This document shows positions 45,325-56,181 of a stretch of 64,000 nt of DNA, one piece after another. The DNA comes from Candidatus Omnitrophota bacterium. Its GTDB lineage: Bacteria; Omnitrophota; Gorgyraeia; Gygaellales; Profunditerraquicolaceae. Position 1 is the first letter of the stretch, and each line of letters opens with the position of its first letter. A model generated the notes under the pieces. It had not been told where the DNA came from, searched no databases, and saw only the letters and a list, made by a program, of their open reading frames with translations. A program made the position numbers and the translations under genes. The stretch covers positions 9,683 to 73,682 of the forward strand of contig JAPLLR010000043.1 of NCBI GenBank assembly GCA_026387455.1, in the 5' to 3' direction.

Positions 45325-46485
45325 ATGTTCAAACTTTCAAAGAAGCTCAATGCTTTACCGCCGTATCTATTTTTAGAGATAGATAAGGCAAAAAGACTTG
45401 CCCGCGCCGAGGGCCGGGATATCATTGACTTAGGCATAGGAGACCCGGATCAGCCTACTCCTAGATATATTGTTGAGGCGTTGTATCAGGCCGCGCAAGA
45501 TCCGGTGAATCACCGTTACGCGCTGGATCAGGGGATGCCGGCATTGCGCCGCGCCATTGGAGGTTGGTATAAGAGGAGATTTGACGTAGATCTTAATCCG
45601 GATTCCGAGATCCTTCCTCTGATCGGTTCCAAAGAAGGTATTGCCCATTTTCCTCTGGCTTTTATCAATGAAGGCGATTATACGCTGGTGCCTGATCCAT
45701 GTTACCCGCCGTATAAGGGCGGCACGATTTTGGCCGGAGGTAAGCCTTATCTTATGCCTTTACTGGAATCAAACGGATTTCTCCCAGACCTGAAAAGGAT
45801 CCCTTTAAGCGTGCGTAGGAAATCAAAGATCATTTACATAAATTATCCTAATAATCCTACTTCAGCCACAGCCGAGAAGTATTTCTATGAAGAGGTGGTG
45901 GAGTTTGCCCGTAAGAATAAACTGATCGTGATCTCCGATATTGCGTATTCTGAGATGGCCTATGACGGCTATAAGCCGATGAGCATACTGGAGGTTGACG
46001 GAGCAAAGGATGTTTCAATAGAGCTTCACTCTCTGTCTAAGACTTACAATATGACCGGTTGGCGTGTAGGCTGGGCCTGTGGAAACCCTCAAGGCATATC
46101 TGCCTTGGCCAAGGTCAAGAGCAATATTGACTCTGGAATATTCTCGGCCATACAGGTTGCTGCAGTAGCTTCCCTTGAGGGTCCGCAGGAGCATATCAGC
46201 TCAATGTGCGCAATGTATCAGGAGCGCAGGGATGTATTGATGTCGGGATTGCGCTCGCTTGGCTGGAAGGCCCAGTTTCCCAAAGCAACTTTTTACGTCT
46301 GGATTAAAATACCTAAAAAAGCCTTATCTATAAAGTTCTGCGCTTCGCTGCTGGAAAAAGCAAACCTTATTGCCACTCCCGGAGTCGGTTTCGGAAAAAG
46401 CGGGGAAGGGTATATCCGCATGGCGCTTACCGTGCCTAAAGAGCGGATAAATGAAGCGATTGAAAGGCTTAAGAAAGTAGTCTGA
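45325..46485 (+). CDS. dapL: Class I/II PLP aminotransferase, probable LL-diaminopimelate aminotransferase
   Basis: LPPYLF N-terminus, PLP-lysine in SLSKTYNMTGWRVGW; sits between dapB and the end of the lysine block, and no dapD/dapE is in the window. Confidence 0.6.
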   Translation: MFKLSKKLNALPPYLFLEIDKAKRLARAEGRDIIDLGIGDPDQPTPRYIVEALYQAAQDPVNHRYALDQGMPALRRAIGGWYKRRFDVDLNPDSEILPLIGSKEGIAHFPLAFINEGDYTLVPDPCYPPYKGGTILAGGKPYLMPLLESNGFLPDLKRIPLSVRRKSKIIYINYPNNPTSATAEKYFYEEVVEFARKNKLIVISDIAYSEMAYDGYKPMSILEVDGAKDVSIELHSLSKTYNMTGWRVGWACGNPQGISALAKVKSNIDSGIFSAIQVAAVASLEGPQEHISSMCAMYQERRDVLMSGLRSLGWKAQFPKATFYVWIKIPKKALSIKFCASLLEKANLIATPGVGFGKSGEGYIRMALTVPKERINEAIERLKKVV

Positions 46486-46889
46486 TGGCGGTTTGTTATT
46501 TAGGAATAGGTTCGAATCTCGGCAACAAGAGGTTAAAAATCAGGGCAGCCTTGAAAAGAATCGAAGAGTTAAAGGACACTAAAGTATTGAAGGTATCGAA
46601 GCTTATTAAGACCAAGCCTGTCGGAGGCCCCTGTGGGCAGCCGGATTATCTCAATGCCTGCCTTAAAATTGACACCAGGCTCACTCCCCATACACTTCTT
46701 AAAAAACTGCAAGATATTGAAATTAAGCTTGGCCGGTCTAGGAAGCATGTCCGTTTCGGGCCGCGTACAATAGATCTGGATATTCTGTTTTACGGGAATT
46801 CAGTGGTCAATACAAGAAAGCTGACTATTCCGCACCCAAGAGTTTTTGAACGGCAATTTGTTCTGAAGCCCTTGAGGGAGATTCTTTGA
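46485..46889 (+). CDS. folK: 2-amino-4-hydroxy-6-hydroxymethyldihydropteridine pyrophosphokinase
   Basis: CYLGIGSNLGN and RTIDLDILFYG HPPK motifs. Confidence 0.9.
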   Translation: MAVCYLGIGSNLGNKRLKIRAALKRIEELKDTKVLKVSKLIKTKPVGGPCGQPDYLNACLKIDTRLTPHTLLKKLQDIEIKLGRSRKHVRFGPRTIDLDILFYGNSVVNTRKLTIPHPRVFERQFVLKPLREIL

Positions 46890-47752
46890 TAATTATTCGC
46901 GGTATAAAGCAGATGTCTGCTTATTCAAGTAAGGCGCGTCTCAGGGGCAGGTGCATAGGTTTTGTGCCGACGATGGGAGCCTTACATGAAGGCCACCTGA
47001 GCCTGATCCGTCAGGCGGGTAAGGATAACGATCTAGTGTTAGTGAGTATTTTCGTAAATCCGGCTCAGTTCGGGCCGAAAGAGGATCTTCGCAAATACCC
47101 GAGGACATTCATTCGTGATGCAAGGCTATGCAAGAATAGCGGGGTGGACGTCATATTTTATCCCGGCATAGCTCAAATGTATCCTGAGGGCTACCGTACG
47201 TATGTTTCAGTAGAGGGATTAAGCGACTGCCTGTGCGGAAGGTCCCGTCCCGGTCATTTTAAGGGGGTGGCAACCGTAGTAGCTAAACTTTTTAACATCG
47301 TGCAGCCGGATACGGCTTACTTTGGGGTAAAGGATGCCCAGCAGTCAGTGATGATTAGGAAGATGGTGCAAGATTTAAACATCCCGGTTAAAATCAGGGT
47401 AATGCCTACGGTGCGCGAAGGAAGCGGCCTGGCCTTAAGCTCGCGCAATGATTATTTAAGCCTAAATGAAAAGAAGGATGCGTTAATTTTATCGCGGTCA
47501 TTAAGTTTTGCCGAGTATCTGATTAAAAGCGGGCTTAAAGACGCAGACAGAGTGATAAGCGCCATGAAACAGCTTATTCTTAAGAAGCGGTCGGCGAAGA
47601 TCGATTATATCTCGATCGTCGATGCCTCGACACTTAGGCCTCTTAAGAAAATCGCAGGAGAATGTTTGATCGCCTTAGCCGTGCGTATCGGCAGGACTCG
47701 ACTTATTGATAATGTCGTGGTTAAGGTTTCTTTAAGGAAAGATAATAGATGA
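46886..47752 (+). CDS. panC: Pantoate--beta-alanine ligase
   Basis: GFVPTMGALHEGHLSLIR HIGH-like motif; probable TTG start at 46886. Confidence 0.92.
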   Translation: MIIIRGIKQMSAYSSKARLRGRCIGFVPTMGALHEGHLSLIRQAGKDNDLVLVSIFVNPAQFGPKEDLRKYPRTFIRDARLCKNSGVDVIFYPGIAQMYPEGYRTYVSVEGLSDCLCGRSRPGHFKGVATVVAKLFNIVQPDTAYFGVKDAQQSVMIRKMVQDLNIPVKIRVMPTVREGSGLALSSRNDYLSLNEKKDALILSRSLSFAEYLIKSGLKDADRVISAMKQLILKKRSAKIDYISIVDASTLRPLKKIAGECLIALAVRIGRTRLIDNVVVKVSLRKDNR

Positions 47753-48561
47753 AGAAATTAAAGATCGGGATCGTAGGGTGTGGCGCTATCGGTTGCTCGC
47801 TTGCCAAAGTAGTGGCAAGGGACTTAAAGTCTGAAGCGGCACTCTGCGCTCTTTATGATATAGATGAGAGTAAGGCCCTCAGGTTGTCCGAATTAACGGT
47901 TAAGAATATATCCTGCGGATTTGATACTTTGATCAGTAGGTCAGATTTAGTCATTGAAGCGGCATCGGCAAAGTGTTCCTGGATGGTGGCAAGGAAAGCT
48001 TTGGAAAAGGGGCGCGATGTGATGATTATGAGCGTCGGTGGCGTGCTTGATCACGCCAAAGAACTTTCGCGCCTGGCATCAAAGCAAAAAGCCAGGGTTT
48101 ATATACCAAGCGGCGCAATATCCGGAGTGGATGCCTTAAAGGCTTCCGGGGTGGGCAAGATCAGTAAAGTTATGATTACTACGCGTAAGCATCCGCTTTC
48201 TTTTCAGGGCGTGGAATATTTGAAGAATAAGGGGGTGCGGCCGGAAAAGATCCGTCAAGATACAGTTTTATTTTCGGGTCCGGCAAAGGACGCGGTAAAA
48301 TATTTTCCCCAGAATATCAATGTGGCGGCAGTTTTGAGCCTGGCCGGAATAGGCAGCTCTAAGACGCAGGTGCGCATTATTGCGTCTCCTTTAGTTAAAA
48401 GAAATATCCATGAGATAGAGATCGTATCAGATGCGGGAAGAGTTTTTACTCGCACGGAAAATGTTTTGCATCCGGATAACCCTAAGACCAGTTACTTGGC
48501 GGTATTATCCGCGATTGCAACGCTTAAAGCAATAGTAAGGCCGGTTAGTATCGGCACGTAG
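47749..48561 (+). CDS. Aspartate dehydrogenase-like oxidoreductase (NadX-like)
   Basis: LKIGIVGCGAIGCSLA Rossmann N-terminus, about 270 aa, architecture of L-aspartate dehydrogenase; function tentative. Confidence 0.55.
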   Translation: MKKLKIGIVGCGAIGCSLAKVVARDLKSEAALCALYDIDESKALRLSELTVKNISCGFDTLISRSDLVIEAASAKCSWMVARKALEKGRDVMIMSVGGVLDHAKELSRLASKQKARVYIPSGAISGVDALKASGVGKISKVMITTRKHPLSFQGVEYLKNKGVRPEKIRQDTVLFSGPAKDAVKYFPQNINVAAVLSLAGIGSSKTQVRIIASPLVKRNIHEIEIVSDAGRVFTRTENVLHPDNPKTSYLAVLSAIATLKAIVRPVSIGT

Positions 48562-48598
48562 TCAAGAAAATTTTAAACGGAGGGAGGTGATTCGGACA

Positions 48599-48838
48599 AT
48601 GGCACAGAAAGAAATGAAGGTCGGCGTTAAGAGAGAAAAAGGATACCTTTACTTCATCGATAAGCAGGGGGATGTTTCCTGCGCCAAGATGGCACGTGGC
48701 ACGAAGAAGGGCGGTATGCGTAAAAAGGTGGCCAAATGCGGCATCAAGCGCAAAGAAGGTTACCTGTATTTCTTGGACAAGCAGGGGGATGTTTCCTGCG
48801 CCAAGATGAAAAGAGGCGGAAAGAAGAAAAAGAAATAA
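48599..48838 (+). CDS. Small lysine-rich protein with a tandemly duplicated KxGYLYF(I/L)DKQGDVSCAKM module
   Basis: Two roughly 37-aa repeats at protein level and a 27-nt exact DNA repeat (CAGGGGGATGTTTCCTGCGCCAAGATG at about 48663 and 48783); strong SD GGAGGGAGG; ATG at 48599 (the ORF track uses GTG at 48587). Confidence 0.6.
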   Translation: MAQKEMKVGVKREKGYLYFIDKQGDVSCAKMARGTKKGGMRKKVAKCGIKRKEGYLYFLDKQGDVSCAKMKRGGKKKKK

Positions 48839-48852
48839 TAGTGACAATAGCC

Positions 48853-48900
48853 CCGCTCTTTATAAAATGTAGTTACATTTTATAAAGGGCGGGGTTTTTG
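48853..48900 (+). terminator. Rho-independent terminator (about 20-bp stem followed by TTTTT)
   Basis: CCCCGCTCTTTATAAAATGT-AGTT-ACATTTTATAAAGGGCGGGG then TTTTTG. Confidence 0.8.
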
Positions 48901-48915
48901 CTATAATAATAAATT

Positions 48916-51717
48916 ATGGAAGACAGTAAATTCATCATTATCCGCGGGGCAAAGGAGCACAATCTTAAGGATATTAGCCTTCAGCTTCCGCGTAATTCTC
49001 TCATCGTTGTTACCGGGTTGTCCGGTTCAGGCAAGTCCAGCCTTGCCTTCGATACTATTTACGCCGAAGGCCAGCGCAGGTTTGTGGAGAGCCTTTCTAG
49101 CTACGCCCGCCAATTTTTGGAGCAGTTGCAGAAGCCGGATATCGAATATATCTCCGGGCTTTCTCCTACCATCGCTATCGAGCAAAGGTCTGCCGGCGGC
49201 AATCCCCGTTCGACTGTCGCTACCCAAACCGAGATCTACGATTACCTAAGGCTGCTTTTTGCCCGTATCGGAAAAATCCATTGCTACCAGTGCGGCCATT
49301 CTATTGAACGCCAGAGTTCTCAGGAGATCATCGCAAAGATTATGAGCCTTCCCGCGGGAAGCGATATTCAAATATTGGCTCCTTTGGTGCGCGGCAGAAA
49401 AGGCGAGTACCGGGATATATTTTCTCAGATCCAGAAATCAGGTTTTATCCGCGCCAGGGTTGACGGCAAAGTTTATGAGCTGCCGGCCAAGCTAAGCCTA
49501 GCTAAATATAAGATCCACAATATTGAGGTAGTGGTGGACAGGCTCACTCTTAAGCCCAGTGTTAAAAGCCGGCTTACGGATTCCGTGGAGACCGCGCTTA
49601 AGGTGGGTGGGGGAATAGTTCTGGTAACCAGCTCTGCTGTGAAATCTGAGCAAGTATTCAGCGAACAGTACGCCTGTACAAAGTGTGGGATAAATTACGC
49701 GGAGGTGGAGCCGCGGATATTTTCTTTTAATTCTCCTTACGGTGCTTGTTTGGAGTGTAATGGCCTGGGGATGAAGCTGAAATTTGATACGGACTTAGTG
49801 ATCCCGGATAAGACAAAATCCATTAATGACGGCGCGCTTGCCCCATGGAAAAGAGGGGGGAGGGGGTATATCCTGTATTATCGCTGGCTGATACGCGAGT
49901 TGTCCCATGTCCTGAAGTTTGACTTGGACACTCCGTTTAGGCAGCTGAGTAAGGAATCGCAGAAGGCCATACTTTACGGAAGCGATGTGCAGGTTAACGG
50001 AAAGCCTTTTGAAGGGGTGATCCCGAATCTGGAAAGATTGTTCCGCGATACTGACAGCGATTATCTGAAAGAAGAGATCTCCTGTTTTATGTCTAGCCTG
50101 CCGTGTCCAGCTTGCAAAGGCGCGCGCCTTAAAAAAGAAAGCCTGGCAGTCAAAATCAACGGCAAAAATATTTGGGAAGTCACCCAGATGTCCATAAAAG
50201 CAGCCTACAAGTTTTTCGACAGTCTGGAGCTTAATGACAAAGAAAAGGCTATCGCACATCAGGTGTTAAAAGAAATTAAACAGAAGCTGAAGTTTTGTAT
50301 AGATGTGGGCCTGGATTATCTTACGTTGGATAGAAAAAGTGCCACGCTTTCCGGCGGAGAGGCCCAGAGGATCCGTCTGGCGACACAAGTAGGTTCAGGT
50401 TTGGTCGGTGTTTTATATGTTCTGGATGAACCCAGTATCGGTTTGCATCAGCGGGACAACGATAAACTGCTGGCTACCCTGAAAGCTTTGCGTGATCTTG
50501 GCAATACTTTGATCGTAGTTGAGCATGATGAGGCGACGATCCGGGAAGCGGATTATATCGTGGATCTCGGCCCCGGGGCAGGGAGGCACGGTGGTGAAGT
50601 GGTTTTCTCCGGCACAAAGGATGAGCTGCTTAAAGATCCCCGCTCTCTTACCGCCAAATATTTAAGGAGAGAGCTTAAAATCGATGTGCCGGCCAGGCGC
50701 CGTCAGTCAGAGGAGAAAAGATTTCTGGAGATAAAGGGCGCGCGCGAGCATAACCTGAAAAATATTGATGTAAAGTTTCCTCTGGGCAATTTCATCTGCA
50801 TTACCGGCGTATCCGGATCTGGCAAATCTACGTTGATTGATGAGATCCTTTACCGCTCACTCGCCCAGAAACTTTATAAATCAAAAGAGAAGCCCGGCCT
50901 GCATAAAAAGATTGAGGGGATTGAATTTATCGATAAAGTAATTGTTGTGGATCAGTCTCCTATCGGCAGGACTCCGCGATCTAACCCTGCGACCTATACC
51001 GGGGTATTTAACCATATCCGGGATTTCTACAGTAAGCTTCCGGAATCGAAGATGCGCGGGTATAAGCCGGGGAGATTTTCTTTTAATGTCAAGGGCGGCA
51101 GGTGCGAAGCCTGCCAGGGAGACGGGATCAAAAAGATCGAGATGCATTTTCTTCCCGATGTTTATGTGAAATGCGAAGTCTGCGGCGGCCTGCGCTTTAA
51201 TGAGGCTACTTTGGACGTGAAATATAAAGGTAAATCCATTGCCCAGGTGTTGGAGATGACGGTTGAGGAGGCGCTGGAGCTTTTTTCCAATATCCCTCAG
51301 ATCAAAAATATCCTTATTTATCTCTATGATGTTGGTCTGGGATATATACAGCTAGGGCAATTTGCCACTACTTTGTCCGGAGGGGAGGCCCAGCGTATTA
51401 AGCTTTCTTCGGAATTAAGCAAGCGTTCTACCGGCAAGACTCTGTATATCCTTGATGAGCCGACCACGGGATTGCATTTTGCTGATGTGGCCAAGCTTCT
51501 CTCAGTTTTGCAGAGGCTGGTGGATAAGGGTAATACGGTTATCGTCATTGAGCATAATTTAGAAGTGATAAAGTGCGCTGATTATATAGTTGATCTCGGC
51601 CCTGAGGGGGGGGATAAGGGTGGTGAGGTGGTGGCTGCCTGCGCTCCTGAGCAGCTGGTTAAGGTCCTGGCTTCCTATACGGGTACATCCTTGAGAAAGG
51701 TATTGAATAGCAAATAA
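48916..51717 (+). CDS. uvrA: Excinuclease ABC subunit A
   Basis: Two ABC modules ([25 protein letters not shown]), zinc-finger CxxC pairs, 933 aa. Confidence 0.97.
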   Translation: MEDSKFIIIRGAKEHNLKDISLQLPRNSLIVVTGLSGSGKSSLAFDTIYAEGQRRFVESLSSYARQFLEQLQKPDIEYISGLSPTIAIEQRSAGGNPRSTVATQTEIYDYLRLLFARIGKIHCYQCGHSIERQSSQEIIAKIMSLPAGSDIQILAPLVRGRKGEYRDIFSQIQKSGFIRARVDGKVYELPAKLSLAKYKIHNIEVVVDRLTLKPSVKSRLTDSVETALKVGGGIVLVTSSAVKSEQVFSEQYACTKCGINYAEVEPRIFSFNSPYGACLECNGLGMKLKFDTDLVIPDKTKSINDGALAPWKRGGRGYILYYRWLIRELSHVLKFDLDTPFRQLSKESQKAILYGSDVQVNGKPFEGVIPNLERLFRDTDSDYLKEEISCFMSSLPCPACKGARLKKESLAVKINGKNIWEVTQMSIKAAYKFFDSLELNDKEKAIAHQVLKEIKQKLKFCIDVGLDYLTLDRKSATLSGGEAQRIRLATQVGSGLVGVLYVLDEPSIGLHQRDNDKLLATLKALRDLGNTLIVVEHDEATIREADYIVDLGPGAGRHGGEVVFSGTKDELLKDPRSLTAKYLRRELKIDVPARRRQSEEKRFLEIKGAREHNLKNIDVKFPLGNFICITGVSGSGKSTLIDEILYRSLAQKLYKSKEKPGLHKKIEGIEFIDKVIVVDQSPIGRTPRSNPATYTGVFNHIRDFYSKLPESKMRGYKPGRFSFNVKGGRCEACQGDGIKKIEMHFLPDVYVKCEVCGGLRFNEATLDVKYKGKSIAQVLEMTVEEALELFSNIPQIKNILIYLYDVGLGYIQLGQFATTLSGGEAQRIKLSSELSKRSTGKTLYILDEPTTGLHFADVAKLLSVLQRLVDKGNTVIVIEHNLEVIKCADYIVDLGPEGGDKGGEVVAACAPEQLVKVLASYTGTSLRKVLNSK

Positions 51718-51739
51718 AGTAGTGCTATATTGCTAAGAA

Positions 51740-54220
51740 ATGAAGAAGATCTACGTAGTAATTATCCTCTCTAGTTTAATTCTTGCCTTCATCAATCCTT
51801 GTGTATTCTGCGCTGATAGCCCTGCTGACAGTCAAAAGGAAGAAGAGGCTATTTTTGTGGCGAAAAAAGCTTTTGACGACGGGTTTTATGATGTTTCGCT
51901 TGGTTTACTTGAGCGTTTTCAGAAAAGCTATCCTGATTCTCCTGAAGCGGTAGAAGCCAGCTTGCTTATCGGGCAGTGCTATTTTCAGCAGAACCGTTTT
52001 TTGGATGCTTTGAATAAATTTGAGAGCCTTTTGAATCTTCCTCAAGCCGGGGATTTTAAAGACGCCGTATATTATTGGATCGCGGAGGTGCAATTTAAGG
52101 GAAATAATTTTGAACGCGCTGCCCAGTATTACAAGGCAATTATCAACGAGTTTCCTAAATCTTCCTATGTCCCGGCGGCGTATTATTCTTTGGGCTGGTC
52201 GCTATTCCAGAATAACAAGTTTTCTGAAGCTCTTAAGTGTTTTTTGATCGCGCAAGAAAAGTATCCTAAAGATCCTCAGATGCAGGATGTGTCTTTTAAG
52301 GTCATCCAGTGTCTGTATAATTTAAAGGATTACGACAAGCTAAAGGAACGCTTAAGGGCAGATCTAAAACTCTATGCAAAAGATCCGGCAAAGCTTGGGT
52401 ACCTTTATTTTTATCTTGCCGAATCGGAATACGATCTGAATAATTTTAATGAGGCGTTGGATGCTTATACCAAGGTGATCCAGTTCAGCCGCGATGAGGC
52501 TTTGCAAGCTTTGTCCATGCTGGGGAAAGCCTGGTCATATCTTAAGCTTAAACGTTACGTCGAGGCCCAAAACGCGTTCCTTGAGGTAAAAGAGGCAATT
52601 TTGGATAAGCGCAGCGCAGATATTCTGACTTTAGGTAAGGCGGTCCTGATGTCTGAGACGAACCGCCTGAATGAGGCAAAGGCTCTTTATGATAGATTAT
52701 CCCAGACAGCTGAGGATCCGTTGGTGTCTATGGAGGCGTACTTGGGAAAGGCCGAGGTCTTATACGGCCTTGCCGAGTATGATGAATCTCTTAAAGTCTA
52801 TCAAGAGGCGATTGGTAAATTGGGCGCGGGGTCAGTGCCAGGAGAAGTGGCGGATAAGCTGCATTATAATCTGGCCTGGGTGTATCTGAAGCAGGGGGAG
52901 TTCAAGGGCGCGATCCAGGAGTTCAAGAAGATTGTCAGGGATAGCGACGACAAGATCATCAAGGTTAGCGCGCTCTGCCAGATAGGCGACGCCTATCAGG
53001 ATTCAGGCGATTACCTGCGGGCACAGGAGACCTATGACACTATATTAAAGGATTATCCGGATAGCTTCTATAGTGATTACGTGCAGTATCAGGCTGGCCT
53101 GACCTTGCTTAGGAATTCAAATTACGACGGAGCGATCCTGGCGTTTCAGGCGCTAAAGAAGAATTATCCGCAGTCAAAGCTGATTGATGACGCGGCTTAC
53201 GCATTAGGCTCGGCGTATTTCCAGAAGCAGGATTACAAATCCAGCCGCGAGGAGTTTGTTAAGTTTCAGAACGAATTTAAGTCCAGCAGCATGGCCTCTC
53301 AGGCGCTATATCTTTTAGGCGCAAGCCTGTATAACCTGGGCAGGTTCCAGGAGGCAATCGACGTCTTTAAGAACATCATTAAATCTTACCCGCAGACCCC
53401 TGAGCTTACCCAGAAAGCCGAATATGAGATCGCGGACTGCTATTCTCAGATGGGCAATGAAAACGAAGCGATTACCCGTTTTAAGATTCTGCGTTCCAAA
53501 TATCCTGACTCAAGCCTTACCGCGGAAATCATGTGGTGGTTGGGAGAATACTATTACCGTCAGGGAGACCTGGAGCTTGCGCGTAAATATTTCTCATCAC
53601 TCATTCACGATTTCTCCAAAAGCAGTTTGGTGCCGGACGCTTATTATGCTTTAGGCTCCTGCTATGAAGAGGAGCTCAGGCACGATGAGGCGCTGGAGAA
53701 TTTCAAGCGTATCATCGAGCTGACCAAGTCTGACCTTACCGGTCAGGCTGCTGTGGCAATCGCGGATATTTATGTAAAGCGGGATATGCACGAGTTGGCT
53801 ATAAAAACCTATTCTGATATTATCCGGGTATTTCCTAATCTCACGCATCTAATTTATCCGAAACTGGCAGATGTGTATTATAAAATGAACAGGTATGACG
53901 ATGCTTTGGAATTCTACCGCAAGAGCCTGGATGCGGTTCCGGTGCGGGAGATGGCAGGTATTCAGCTTAAGATCGCGGAAGTCCGCGAGGCGCAGGGTAA
54001 GACTGATGAGGCGGTGGGGGAATATCTTAAGGTCACCTATGTATACCCTGAGGATACCGCTCTGGTGGTCAAGGCGCTTTTGCGCGTGGCAGCGATCTAC
54101 GAGGATAGAGATAAATTCAAAGAGGCGCTGAATATTTACGCAAAAGTGGTCTCCATGAATGTGGAGGAAGGGAAATTCGCCCAGGAGCAGATAGATCGCA
54201 TTGGCCCCAAGACAAAATAG
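51740..54220 (+). CDS. Large secreted tetratricopeptide-repeat protein
   Basis: Signal peptide; more than 15 TPR-like A-x-Y-x-L-G repeats over 826 aa; immediately upstream of exbB/tolQ. Confidence 0.75.
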   Translation: MKKIYVVIILSSLILAFINPCVFCADSPADSQKEEEAIFVAKKAFDDGFYDVSLGLLERFQKSYPDSPEAVEASLLIGQCYFQQNRFLDALNKFESLLNLPQAGDFKDAVYYWIAEVQFKGNNFERAAQYYKAIINEFPKSSYVPAAYYSLGWSLFQNNKFSEALKCFLIAQEKYPKDPQMQDVSFKVIQCLYNLKDYDKLKERLRADLKLYAKDPAKLGYLYFYLAESEYDLNNFNEALDAYTKVIQFSRDEALQALSMLGKAWSYLKLKRYVEAQNAFLEVKEAILDKRSADILTLGKAVLMSETNRLNEAKALYDRLSQTAEDPLVSMEAYLGKAEVLYGLAEYDESLKVYQEAIGKLGAGSVPGEVADKLHYNLAWVYLKQGEFKGAIQEFKKIVRDSDDKIIKVSALCQIGDAYQDSGDYLRAQETYDTILKDYPDSFYSDYVQYQAGLTLLRNSNYDGAILAFQALKKNYPQSKLIDDAAYALGSAYFQKQDYKSSREEFVKFQNEFKSSSMASQALYLLGASLYNLGRFQEAIDVFKNIIKSYPQTPELTQKAEYEIADCYSQMGNENEAITRFKILRSKYPDSSLTAEIMWWLGEYYYRQGDLELARKYFSSLIHDFSKSSLVPDAYYALGSCYEEELRHDEALENFKRIIELTKSDLTGQAAVAIADIYVKRDMHELAIKTYSDIIRVFPNLTHLIYPKLADVYYKMNRYDDALEFYRKSLDAVPVREMAGIQLKIAEVREAQGKTDEAVGEYLKVTYVYPEDTALVVKALLRVAAIYEDRDKFKEALNIYAKVVSMNVEEGKFAQEQIDRIGPKTK

Positions 54221-54226
54221 GAGATA

Positions 54227-54865
54227 ATGAATATGGGCTTAGATAAAGTATCTATGATTAAGTTATTTATATCCGGCGGTCCGGTGATGTGGCCGATCCT
54301 GCTGTGCTCTGTGCTGGCTCTGGCGGTGGTGATCGAGAAATTTCTATACCTCAATAAGGCAAAGATTAATACTGAGGAATTTCTAAATAGCCTGATGGAG
54401 AAGATGAAACGCCACGAGACAAAAGAAGCACTCCAGATATGCGACAATACCTTTAGCCCTATTGCCAATATCCTCAAAGCCGGGATATTAAAATATGACC
54501 GGCCGCGGGCACAGATAATCGAAGCCATAGAAGACGCTTCCTTGTACGAGATACCTCGCATAGAAAAAAGTCTTCCTGTGCTTATGACCATAGCGCATAT
54601 TTCTCCGCTCTTAGGTTTGCTTGGAACAGTCATAGGTCTGGCCAGGTGTTTTCAGGCTATCCAGGCAAAGGCTCAAGGCTTATATCCGGTGCTTTCCGCT
54701 GATATGGCAGGAGGGGTCTGGGAAGCGTTACTGGTGACTATCGCCGGGCTTCTAGTAGCCATACCTGTGTACATAGCCTACAATTATCTGGTGAGCCGTA
54801 TAAACCGCTATATCCTGGAGATGGAGCGCGCATCGACAGAGCTGGTTAATTTTTTAACGGAGTAA
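54227..54865 (+). CDS. exbB: MotA/TolQ/ExbB-family proton channel
   Basis: Three TM helices; conserved ISPLLGLLGTVIGL segment. Confidence 0.85.
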   Translation: MNMGLDKVSMIKLFISGGPVMWPILLCSVLALAVVIEKFLYLNKAKINTEEFLNSLMEKMKRHETKEALQICDNTFSPIANILKAGILKYDRPRAQIIEAIEDASLYEIPRIEKSLPVLMTIAHISPLLGLLGTVIGLARCFQAIQAKAQGLYPVLSADMAGGVWEALLVTIAGLLVAIPVYIAYNYLVSRINRYILEMERASTELVNFLTE

Positions 54866-54872
54866 CCTCAGG

Positions 54873-55274
54873 ATGAAATTTAAAGGCAGGATGGGATTTG
54901 AGCAAGGGCTTAAGACAATGGATATCGCGCCGTTGATCAATGTGGCATTCCTGTTGTTGATATTCGTGATGCTTGGCTCAGGTTTTGTCTCTCAGTCGGC
55001 GGTGTCGGTGAGCCTGCCGCGCGCGGTGACCAGCGAGGCGGTGAGCCGGGAAAATATCGAAGTGCTGATTAGCTCCGAGAACGTAGCCACTTTAAGTGGT
55101 CGGGTAGTCTCTGATGACGAGCTTAAGGCGGCATTCCAGCAGATTTCAAGGGGTAGGGCCGCAATATTGATCAAGGCTGATCGCAGCAGCTCTTTAGGAA
55201 GAGCGGTTAAGATCTGGGATATGGCCCGTTCAGCAGGTATTACGCGGGTATTTATCGCGACTAACCAGGAGTAA
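54873..55274 (+). CDS. exbD: ExbD/TolR-family biopolymer transport protein
   Basis: DIAPLINVAFLLLIFVM N-terminal TM followed by a periplasmic domain. Confidence 0.8.
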   Translation: MKFKGRMGFEQGLKTMDIAPLINVAFLLLIFVMLGSGFVSQSAVSVSLPRAVTSEAVSRENIEVLISSENVATLSGRVVSDDELKAAFQQISRGRAAILIKADRSSSLGRAVKIWDMARSAGITRVFIATNQE

Positions 55275-55275
55275 G

Positions 55276-55917
55276 ATGTTTCATCAAGCACTTTCCAGAA
55301 AAAGCTTAGTATATTCTGCGGTCGGGCACCTTGCGGTTTTGAGCCTTGTGGCCGTATCCTTTGGGCAAAAACTTCCTGGCGCTGAAAGTTACGGCCGTAT
55401 TTCTTTCTGGAGCGACATTCCAATATCCGCGAGTTACAAACTAAAGCAGAATTCCGTTAACAATATAAAAGTCATCGGTAATTTTTTCAGACAGCCTAAA
55501 GGATTGGCGGCTACCCTTAGAGCCAAGAGTGAGGCTGTTGCCGTCTCCCCAGGCTATATTAAGCCTTCTCTCGAATACGGGCTAGGATTCACTAAGAGTG
55601 AATATGTCCAAAAGTCGGCACCCGAGCGTTTTGTGCGTAAGGGCGCCGAGCCTAATATTGTATTTCACCCCATACTTCCTTACGGGTTCACGCTTTATTT
55701 CAAGGACAGGCAGGTAGCGCACGCAGAGCTCATGTTCAAGATCATTCCATCTGAGACCGGGAACGCCATCGTCATAAAGCGCAAGATCTCATCAGGTAAC
55801 CCCGAGGTAGACCTTCTGACCATGCGCTACATGAGCCATTACCTGTTTATCCAGCAGAACCGTTTCTCTCCTAACAGCTGGCAGACAGTCAAAATCGACC
55901 TGTCGGAGAAGGAATGA
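55276..55917 (+). CDS. Membrane-anchored protein, possible TonB/TolA-family partner
   Basis: Single N-terminal TM; positioned after exbB-exbD; the C-terminal domain is not clearly TonB-like. Confidence 0.3.
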   Translation: MFHQALSRKSLVYSAVGHLAVLSLVAVSFGQKLPGAESYGRISFWSDIPISASYKLKQNSVNNIKVIGNFFRQPKGLAATLRAKSEAVAVSPGYIKPSLEYGLGFTKSEYVQKSAPERFVRKGAEPNIVFHPILPYGFTLYFKDRQVAHAELMFKIIPSETGNAIVIKRKISSGNPEVDLLTMRYMSHYLFIQQNRFSPNSWQTVKIDLSEKE

Positions 55918-56135
55918 TCACATTAGACTTCTCTAACGCTATAGCAGTATATATATTATTTATAGTATTTACCTTAATGTGCGTTTCTGCTATGCGCAGA
56001 AAAGAAAAAAGTAAGGGACTTACACTGGACCCTAAGTACATATGGTTTTGTTCTGTCTGCACCTATAATTATATAAACACTAAAGAAGATAAGATCTCGG
56101 TTTGCCCGCGTTGCGGAAGTTATAACAAAAAATAA
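55914..56135 (+). CDS. Small membrane protein with a C-terminal zinc ribbon
   Basis: One TM helix plus CSVC...CPRCG. Confidence 0.45.
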   Translation: MITLDFSNAIAVYILFIVFTLMCVSAMRRKEKSKGLTLDPKYIWFCSVCTYNYINTKEDKISVCPRCGSYNKK

Positions 56136-56181
56136 TTGACATAATCTTTATTTTCCTTATAATAAAAATTGGAGGTAAATC

